Shown here one piece after another: positions 19,112 through 25,896 of a DNA stretch of 32,870 nt. This DNA comes from a virus. Lineage: Duplodnaviria; Heunggongvirae; Uroviricota; Caudoviricetes. A program made the position numbers and the translations under genes. Location: IMG/VR virus record IMGVR_UViG_2737471818_000001. One strand, 5' to 3'. The notes below the pieces were generated by a model. It was not told the DNA's origin, made no database searches, and worked only from the letters and a program-made list of their open reading frames with translations. The first letter of the stretch is position 1. Each line of letters opens with the position of its first letter.

Positions 19112-19277
19112 TGTTCAGGTGTCCTGATGTTGGGTTTTAGGTTCGGGTGTAGTTTCCCGACTCCGCCCCGCATCAGCCACCGCTTGCAGACGTGTCCCCC
19201 CTGACACAACAGGGGGTTAGCGATAATGCCCCGCTATTTCCTTAGCCTTGCCCCGTATTCACTGACACGAGGCAACC
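19112..19277. promoter_or_regulatory. Divergent late promoter region between O and P, with a GC-rich dyad CCCCCTG-N6-CAGGGGG at ~19197-19216
   Basis: 166-bp gap between divergently transcribed late operons; the dyad begins with TGT and spans an ACA; P2 has Ogr-dependent promoters here. Confidence 0.4.
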
Positions 19278-21047
19278 ATGACCATTTCAACTGACCTCTC
19301 CCTTTTGCACGACCCGCGACGACAGGCGCGCCTGCTGTTCTGGCAGGGGTTTTCCGTGCCACAAATCGCCGACACGCTGCAGGTCAAGCGCCCGACCGTG
19401 CAGAGCTGGAAACAACGTGACGGCTGGGAGGAAACCGCCCCGCTTAACCGCGTGGAATCCACGCTCGAGGCGCGCCTGATTCAGCTTTATGCAAAGCCTG
19501 ACCTGACGCCGCATGATTTCAAGGTCGCTGATTTTCTGTCACGCCAGATGGAACGGCTCGCGCGTGTCAGCCGCTACGGCCAGACCGGAAACGAGGCAGA
19601 TTTAAATCCCAACATTGCCAGCCGCAACAAAGGCGACCGCCGCAAGCCAAAACGTAATTTTTTCAGCGATGAGGCTATCGAAAAGCTCGAAGAGATTTTC
19701 TTCGATCAGTCCTTTGAGTATCAGCTCAACTGGCACAAGGCCGGTATCGCGCACCGTATTCGCCACATCCTCAAATCGCGCCAGATTGGCGCAACATTCT
19801 ACTTTGCCCGCGAGTCACTGCTGCGCGCCCTGAAAACCGGGCAAAACCAGATATTTTTGTCGGCCAGTAAGACGCAGGCTTACGTGTTCCGAAAGTACAT
19901 CATCGCCTTTGCGCGCATGGTCGAGGTTGACCTGTCAGGCGACCCGATTGTCATCGGCAACAACGGCGCAGAGCTGATTTTTCTCGGGACAAATTCCAAC
20001 ACAGCGCAGAGTCATAACGGCGACCTGTATGTCGATGAAATCTTCTGGATCCCTAACTTTCAGAAACTGCGCAAAGTCGCCTCGGGGATGGCGTCACAGT
20101 CGCACCTGCGCACCACCTACTTTTCAACCCCCTCGACGCTGGCACATGGCGCCTATCCGTTCTGGTCAGGCGAGCTGTTTAACCGGGGACGCAGCAGCGC
20201 CGCCGAGCGTGTCGACATCGATATCAGTCATAAGGCGCTGGCCGGGGGCGTGCTGTGCTCGGACGGACAGTGGCGGCAGATTGTCACCATCGAGGATGCG
20301 CTCGCCGGGGGATGCACGCTGTTTAATCTGGATCAACTGAAACAGGAAAACAGCGCCGATGATTTCCGCAACCTCTTCATGTGCGAGTTTGTCGACGACA
20401 AGGCGTCGGTATTCCCGTTCGAGGAGCTGCAGCGCTGCATGGTCGATGCGATGGAAGAATGGGAGGACTTCGAGCCGTTTTCTGACCGTCCGTTTAACTG
20501 GCGTCCGGTCTGGATTGGCTATGACCCGTCACATACCGGCGACAGCGCAGGCTGCGCGGTACTGGCTCCGCCACTGGTTGCCGGTGGCAAGTTCCGCATC
20601 CTTGAGCGTCACCAGTGGAAAGGCATGGATTTTGCGACGCAGGCCGAGGCCATCCGCGAGCTGACCGAAAAATACTGCGTCGAGTATATCGGCATCGATG
20701 CGACCGGCATAGGCCAGGGTGTTTACCAGCTCGTGCGCTCGTTCTTCCCGGCGGCGCGCGCCATTCGCTACACGCCGGAAATGAAAACCGCGATGGTGCT
20801 GAAAGCGAAAGACACCATCCGACGCGGGTGTCTGGAATACGACACCGGTGCAACCGACATCACACAGTCATTTATGGCTATCCGTAAAACCATGACCAGC
20901 AGCGGGCGAAGCTCCACCTATGAGGCCAGCCGCAGTGAAGAGGCCAGCCACGCGGATATTGCATGGGCAACCATGCACGCCCTGTTAAACGAGCCGCTTT
21001 CCGCCGGTAGCGGTATGCATTCAACGTCAATTCTGGATATTAACTGA
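19278..21047 (+). CDS. P: Terminase large (ATPase) subunit P, 589 aa
   Basis: Similarity to P2 gpP as recalled; GAGG ribosome-binding site upstream of the ATG. Confidence 0.9.
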   Translation: MTISTDLSLLHDPRRQARLLFWQGFSVPQIADTLQVKRPTVQSWKQRDGWEETAPLNRVESTLEARLIQLYAKPDLTPHDFKVADFLSRQMERLARVSRYGQTGNEADLNPNIASRNKGDRRKPKRNFFSDEAIEKLEEIFFDQSFEYQLNWHKAGIAHRIRHILKSRQIGATFYFARESLLRALKTGQNQIFLSASKTQAYVFRKYIIAFARMVEVDLSGDPIVIGNNGAELIFLGTNSNTAQSHNGDLYVDEIFWIPNFQKLRKVASGMASQSHLRTTYFSTPSTLAHGAYPFWSGELFNRGRSSAAERVDIDISHKALAGGVLCSDGQWRQIVTIEDALAGGCTLFNLDQLKQENSADDFRNLFMCEFVDDKASVFPFEELQRCMVDAMEEWEDFEPFSDRPFNWRPVWIGYDPSHTGDSAGCAVLAPPLVAGGKFRILERHQWKGMDFATQAEAIRELTEKYCVEYIGIDATGIGQGVYQLVRSFFPAARAIRYTPEMKTAMVLKAKDTIRRGCLEYDTGATDITQSFMAIRKTMTSSGRSSTYEASRSEEASHADIAWATMHALLNEPLSAGSGMHSTSILDIN

Positions 21048-21048
21048 C

Positions 21049-22056
21049 ATGAAAAAACAACAGAATAAACCCGCCACAACGACCGCCAGCGCGCCGCAAA
21101 AAATGGAGGCGTTCACCTTTGGCGAGCCCTCCGCCGTTCTGGATCGCCGCGATATCCTCGATTATGTCGAGTGCATCAATAACGGGAAGTGGTACGAGCC
21201 GCCGGTCAACTTCTCTGGTCTAGCAAAAAGCCTGCGAGCCGCCGTGCATCACAGCTCGCCGATTTACGTAAAACGAAATATTCTGACGAGCACCTACATC
21301 CCGCACCCGCTCCTATCGCGTCAGGATTTCAGCCGCCTCGTGCTGGATTATCTGGTCTTTGCCAACGGCTATCTTGAGAAACGCATGAGCGTTACCGGCC
21401 AGCTTTTAAAACTGGAAACATCACCGGCTAAATATACCCGTCGTGGCGTCGAGGATGGCGTTTACTGGTACATATCGAGCTTTAACAACCCCCACCAGTT
21501 CGCACCCGGCTCGGTGTTTCACCTGCTGGAGCCTGACATCAATCAGGAGCTGTACGGCATGCCGGAATATCTGAGCGCACTGAATTCGGCATGGCTAAAT
21601 GAATCCGCCACCCTGTTTCGTCGCAAGTATTACCAGAATGGCGCGCACGCGGGTTACATCTTGTACGTCACCGACGCTGCACAAAGCAGCACTGATGTTG
21701 AAGCACTACGCAAGGCAATGCGTGACTCAAAAGGACTCGGCAATTTCAAGAACCTATTTTTTTATGCACCGAATGGAAAAGCTGATGGGATCAAAATTGT
21801 GCCACTCAGCGAAGTAGCAACGAAAGATGATTTCTTTAACATCAAAAAGGTTAGTGCAGAAGATTTGTTGAGTGCTCATAGGGTACCTCCACAAATGATG
21901 GGAATTATGCCTAACAATGTTGGCGGTTTTGGTGATGTTGTAAAAGCTGCACAAGTTTTTGTCCGAAATGAGTTAACTCCTTTACAGGAACGGTTCAAAG
22001 AACTAAACAACTGGTTAGAAATGGACGTTATAAGATTTAAAAAATATTCACTTTGA
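21049..22056 (+). CDS. Q: Portal protein Q, 335 aa; the 3' ~350 bp has markedly lower GC than the rest
   Basis: Similarity to P2 gpQ along the whole protein; ATG 1 nt after the P stop; composition changes near ~21680. Confidence 0.9.
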   Translation: MKKQQNKPATTTASAPQKMEAFTFGEPSAVLDRRDILDYVECINNGKWYEPPVNFSGLAKSLRAAVHHSSPIYVKRNILTSTYIPHPLLSRQDFSRLVLDYLVFANGYLEKRMSVTGQLLKLETSPAKYTRRGVEDGVYWYISSFNNPHQFAPGSVFHLLEPDINQELYGMPEYLSALNSAWLNESATLFRRKYYQNGAHAGYILYVTDAAQSSTDVEALRKAMRDSKGLGNFKNLFFYAPNGKADGIKIVPLSEVATKDDFFNIKKVSAEDLLSAHRVPPQMMGIMPNNVGGFGDVVKAAQVFVRNELTPLQERFKELNNWLEMDVIRFKKYSL

Positions 22057-22120
22057 TTTTCGAAATAAACATCTCAACATTATATTCAGCCCTGTAACTC
22101 AAGAACCACATATAATAACG

Positions 22121-22147
22121 TCACAGCCCACTTTATCGGGGCTGTGA
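22121..22147. terminator. Hairpin TCACAGCCC-loop-GGGCTGTGA between the convergent Q and cargo operon
   Basis: 9-bp inverted repeat 5 nt downstream of the cargo partner stop, followed on the minus strand by a U-rich tract. Confidence 0.55.
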
Positions 22148-22151
22148 TAAT

Positions 22152-23264
22152 TTAACCAACCCTTGCTTTTTTATATGGACCACAACTCCAACTAAAGAAA
22201 TTCTTACCTAACTTATACCATTTATCAGAAAGCACTGGTGTTAGGTGAGGATTATATTTTTTTAAACTTCCCTTTTGTATATATTTCAATGTATTACTGA
22301 GCAAATTCTCTCCAAAACCATCATAACTTACACAAGCAGTGTTGCAGCTACAGCGTTTTGATTCGATATACTCACAATCATATTTTATATCAAGCTTCTT
22401 TAATATCGGACGCCAATATGCACCATGTTTTCGATCGAGTTCAAGGGCTGTTTTAAAATCAAAACCTTTTTTATGGTCAATGTAAAATTTTACTGATTCA
22501 TCTACGGAGCAAAGATGCTTAAAGAAAATGAGAGATTTTTCTTTTTGTTGAAATTGACTTTGACTTCTTAATACATCTTCAATTGTCGATAAAGGAACTA
22601 GAGATTCTATTTCATGTACATCTAAAATCTCAACGAAACCTGAGCGAGTGATTTGTGAGCCCAAAAAATGTGAGCAAGTACCCCCGAATGGGGCTCTAGG
22701 ATGTTTTTTGTCATTATCCACAATACAAAAAACTATCTCATTATTTTGAATTGCACGCTCGAATACATCCTTAGTACTGCCCCCACCGCCATTTAGAGCG
22801 ATAAAACCCATTTCGCAGCGAGATAAGTTAATACCTTCGGCATAATGAGCCGCTATAACTCTAAAAAAATCAGAATCCAAAGGATTTTCACATACTATTT
22901 TCGTTTTTTGCAATTGTGCCGAGTCATTAAAATACAATGGACCACAAACAAATTTAAAAGATTCACCGTTCTGAACCCATCTAAATGATTTATCACTAAT
23001 ATTAAAGTCGACAGATACATAAAATGAGACCTGGTTCAAGATAGCATAGTACTCTGTTAGACCCGACAAAGCCTCTTGCGCGTAACTTTTTGATGAAAGG
23101 CTATAAAGCCCGCTTTGATCATTGATAATAGTTTTAAAAAAAACCCTTGCCCCTATAACCAAGTGTTTTTGTTCAGCAAATGCCCGAAGTATATTCTCAA
23201 CCGCTATGGCAAATGAATTATTTAGCACCTTCTCAGGTGTCGCATTTTCGATATGAATCAACAT
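22152..23264 (-). CDS. Cargo protein, 370 aa, uncharacterized partner of the upstream ATPase; possible nuclease-like effector
   Basis: ATG 2 nt after the ATPase stop; low GC; hydrophobic strand followed by acidic motif IVFCIVDNDKK; glycine-rich LNGGGGST; C-terminal Cys cluster CSCNTAC...WSCGP. Confidence 0.75.
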   Translation of the reverse strand: MLIHIENATPEKVLNNSFAIAVENILRAFAEQKHLVIGARVFFKTIINDQSGLYSLSSKSYAQEALSGLTEYYAILNQVSFYVSVDFNISDKSFRWVQNGESFKFVCGPLYFNDSAQLQKTKIVCENPLDSDFFRVIAAHYAEGINLSRCEMGFIALNGGGGSTKDVFERAIQNNEIVFCIVDNDKKHPRAPFGGTCSHFLGSQITRSGFVEILDVHEIESLVPLSTIEDVLRSQSQFQQKEKSLIFFKHLCSVDESVKFYIDHKKGFDFKTALELDRKHGAYWRPILKKLDIKYDCEYIESKRCSCNTACVSYDGFGENLLSNTLKYIQKGSLKKYNPHLTPVLSDKWYKLGKNFFSWSCGPYKKARVG

Positions 23265-23266
23265 AA

Positions 23267-24823
23267 CTACTTACCAGAGAAAAAGCCAACCGGCCAATTT
23301 TGTAGGAAACCATTCTCGTCAAAATAAGATTTCTTAACTATGGTCTGCTGCTTTTCATCTTTTTCAAATACCAGTATTGAAATATCATCCTGTGAAAGAT
23401 TTTCATTTTCCTCAATATATTCACCAAGTGCTTCAATCATGGTCTGGCTATGTGTCTCAAAAATTATCTTCAAATCCACATTGTTTTCTTTTGCTTTAGT
23501 TACTACTTTTGCAAAAATACTTGCTAAATTATGTTGATATGACGGATGTAAATGCAATTCTGGCTGCTCAATGATAAATGTTATAGGTTTTCTAACCGTG
23601 GTAGCACGACGTTCTGTCTCAAGCCAAATGGCTGTAACTATCGGCAAAACCTGAGAGTAACCAAACCCCATATCACTAACATTATAGTTCTCACTATTTT
23701 CACCGGTATTTATTAAAATTGCAAAGTGAGAGCCACTTTGTTCAACCTTAATAATGAAATCAAAATTTAACTTTGTCCAATCTTCAAATTTTGATTTATC
23801 AGCCGGCCTTAATGAATTCAAAAGCATTGCAAGATTGGAACCAGTATGATCTATCTCATTAACCTGTAAATCTTGAAAGCGATAAAATCTTTCTGATGTA
23901 GCACGCAGTGGAGCTATGTACTTTACATTTCTGAATGAATCTGACAAGGATGTATTTATTATATCTATAAGATTATTAATATTCCATCCAATTATAAATG
24001 GATATAACTCATTCATTATTTCATCATGTTGAAGTTCAAAGTTTCTACTAAAAACTTTTTGTTCCTTGAATAGAAAAGCAACTAATTTACTAGCGTACGC
24101 TTTGGGTATAAAGCCAATTCTTTTGAATGCCTCTGTCACTTGATTTATATCAGATTTAGTATGGAAATATTTCTTTATATATTTCGCTGCTGAATCAATA
24201 AATGACAATTCTAATGCCCTGTCATGCCTAGAATGTCTCAAATAGAATGATGTGCTTGGAGGAGGACTATCTTCCTTACCCTTCAAAATTAGATTGGGTA
24301 TGAACTGCCCAAGATTTTTAGCTATTATCCCATCACGCTCTATTGTTTTATCATCTGATTCAATGAGTAACTTAACATTACTGTTCTCATCCATTGAAAT
24401 AAATATTGTTAAATCAGCCAATATAAGCTTAATCGTTTTTGTTTTTGTTTTTTTATCTTTAGAGTAAACAGTCAACTCTGCTTCAACATCTGTTGGTTGC
24501 TTTGCTAAATCAGTAAAACGATAATATGTATATCTTTGTGAAACCTCTGGCGGAATTGAGAGTGAAAAACTGAACGTAATTTCTTTTTTTTCAGAGTTTC
24601 GGGAAAGTACATCTGTAAAATCGCCAAAATCCACATATCGCCCATACCATAGTATTGGACCAGTAGTATTTTCTTCTACAGATTGACGAAGTAAAGGAAA
24701 TGTACGCAATAGGGAACTTTTACCACTGCTGTTCTTACCAACAAATACTGTAATTGGTTTTAAATCAATAAAAGTTTTGTTGACAAAGCTCCTGAAGTTT
24801 TGAAGACCTATACCCTTAATCAT
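23267..24823 (-). CDS. Cargo OLD/ABC-type ATPase (AAA_15/AAA_21-like), about 518 aa from the ATG at 24823
   Basis: Walker A VFVGKNSSGKSSLL; Walker B/D-loop FIIEQPELHLHPSYQ; H-loop ETHSQ; long insert between them. The track ORF extends to a TTG at 24895 that overlaps the cos-like site; the GGAG-preceded ATG at 24821-24823 is the likelier start. Confidence 0.8.
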   Translation of the reverse strand: MIKGIGLQNFRSFVNKTFIDLKPITVFVGKNSSGKSSLLRTFPLLRQSVEENTTGPILWYGRYVDFGDFTDVLSRNSEKKEITFSFSLSIPPEVSQRYTYYRFTDLAKQPTDVEAELTVYSKDKKTKTKTIKLILADLTIFISMDENSNVKLLIESDDKTIERDGIIAKNLGQFIPNLILKGKEDSPPPSTSFYLRHSRHDRALELSFIDSAAKYIKKYFHTKSDINQVTEAFKRIGFIPKAYASKLVAFLFKEQKVFSRNFELQHDEIMNELYPFIIGWNINNLIDIINTSLSDSFRNVKYIAPLRATSERFYRFQDLQVNEIDHTGSNLAMLLNSLRPADKSKFEDWTKLNFDFIIKVEQSGSHFAILINTGENSENYNVSDMGFGYSQVLPIVTAIWLETERRATTVRKPITFIIEQPELHLHPSYQHNLASIFAKVVTKAKENNVDLKIIFETHSQTMIEALGEYIEENENLSQDDISILVFEKDEKQQTIVKKSYFDENGFLQNWPVGFFSGK

Positions 24824-24894
24824 TCCTAGCTCCATTAGTTCAATAAAATCAATCGATTTTGAGACAATCTTAATATCTTTGACAGGCGCGCGCA

Positions 24895-24913
24895 ATGCTA
24901 TCCCCGCCTCGCC
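24895..24913. other. Candidate cos site (cohesive-end sequence)
   Basis: Minus-strand read GGCGAGGCGGGGATAGCAT matches the P2/186 19-nt cohesive end as recalled at about 17 of 19 positions and in the expected orientation between the A side and the Q side. Confidence 0.55.
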
Positions 24914-25195
24914 TGCACGCTTAACGGGTCGCTTTTAATGCAGTTGCATGACCACATAGGATCCGCGTCAGCTCTGGCGGCGCACGAACAGAACGGGCAT
25001 CCCCGACGCATGCAAAGCAATGCACCTGTTGCATGCACGGCTAAAAAACGGGAAATTCGCGGAAAAATGGCATAATAAAACCGGCTTTAATCGTGCCGGT
25101 TGGGGGCGGTCTCTACGGGACAGGCTAACGCCTCGCGGGGCTCGTTGTTCAACCCCGCTGGCACTGAAAACAAGTTTCAGCACCGGCTGCGTTTG

Positions 25196-25435
25196 CTAAG
25201 GTCGACGCGGTGGTGGCTTCGCCATATTTGGTCGCCGAAACGCCTCAATTTTCGGATTGCTGATATCGCTGTATTTGCGGTGATTATCCCGGACGACACC
25301 GGCACACCCGACCAGTTCGTCAGGTGTCAGATTCTCGTTAATCATAATTTGTTGCAGGCGATGCACGACGGCCATCAGCTTAATGTTTTGCGTTGAATGT
25401 ACCGGCGGCACTGGCATCATTCGCATATGACTCAT
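25196..25435 (-). CDS. Hypothetical small protein, about 79 aa from MSHMRMMPVPP
   Basis: ATG at 25433-25435 forms an ATGA overlap with the upstream gene; no recognisable motif. Confidence 0.5.
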   Translation of the reverse strand: MSHMRMMPVPPVHSTQNIKLMAVVHRLQQIMINENLTPDELVGCAGVVRDNHRKYSDISNPKIEAFRRPNMAKPPPRRP

Positions 25436-25896
25436 TTTAACCACCCATTTTTTTTAGCATATGCGACCATCTTATCGGAATATTGCCAGACACCATCATC
25501 AGCGACGTAAGCCCCACCCGAAACGCCGTTAAGCGTTTCATATCCAATAGCCAGCCCTAACGGGTGTAGAATTTCGTGATTAATTCTGAAAACAAGCCCT
25601 TTCTCGCTTAACTCTTTCCAGTTCATTAGGAACATACCGCACTGGACATCTGACATCATTAACTGAAAACTCAGCATCACATAATTTTCCACCCATTCAG
25701 CTAAATCAGTAACGTTTGTCACCCTCACTGATACACGTTTCCCGGTATATCCGTTTACCGGTTCCCATTCATGCAACCCGAGAATATCACCGCTAGAATA
25801 ATCGCGGTCATTGAGACGAAATTCAGCACGTTTTTCCCGAGATATCACCGCGTTAAAATGCTCAGGTGCAATTTTTAACTGATGGATTTTGCTCAT
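25432..25896 (-). CDS. ASCH/DUF3850-like domain protein, about 154 aa from MSKIHQLKIAPEHF, with an unassigned C-terminal extension
   Basis: N-terminal pattern H.LKI.PEHF.AV.S.EKR.EFRLNDRDY..GD recalled as typical of DUF3850; ATG at 25894-25896 overlaps the A stop by 1 nt; lower GC than A. Confidence 0.6.
   Translation of the reverse strand: MSKIHQLKIAPEHFNAVISREKRAEFRLNDRDYSSGDILGLHEWEPVNGYTGKRVSVRVTNVTDLAEWVENYVMLSFQLMMSDVQCGMFLMNWKELSEKGLVFRINHEILHPLGLAIGYETLNGVSGGAYVADDGVWQYSDKMVAYAKKNGWLK

Noticed and set aside
24824-24895. N-terminal extension of the ATPase ORF to position 24895
   Set aside because: The extension begins at a TTG, directly follows an in-frame TAG and overlaps the cos-like core; an ATG with an upstream GGAG at 24821-24823 is the more plausible start.
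25105-25170. tRNA-like hairpin (GCGGGG...GTTCAA...CCCCGC) near the cos region
   Set aside because: The loop is about 12 nt rather than the 7-nt T-loop, and no acceptor or anticodon arm could be assembled; more likely cos-region secondary structure or a terminase-binding element.
24968-25396. ORFs 24968-25183 (minus) and 25100-25396 (plus) between the small A-distal ORF and cos
   Set aside because: They overlap each other and the better-supported 25196-25435 gene, have no convincing start context, and lie where cos-flanking non-coding sequence is expected.
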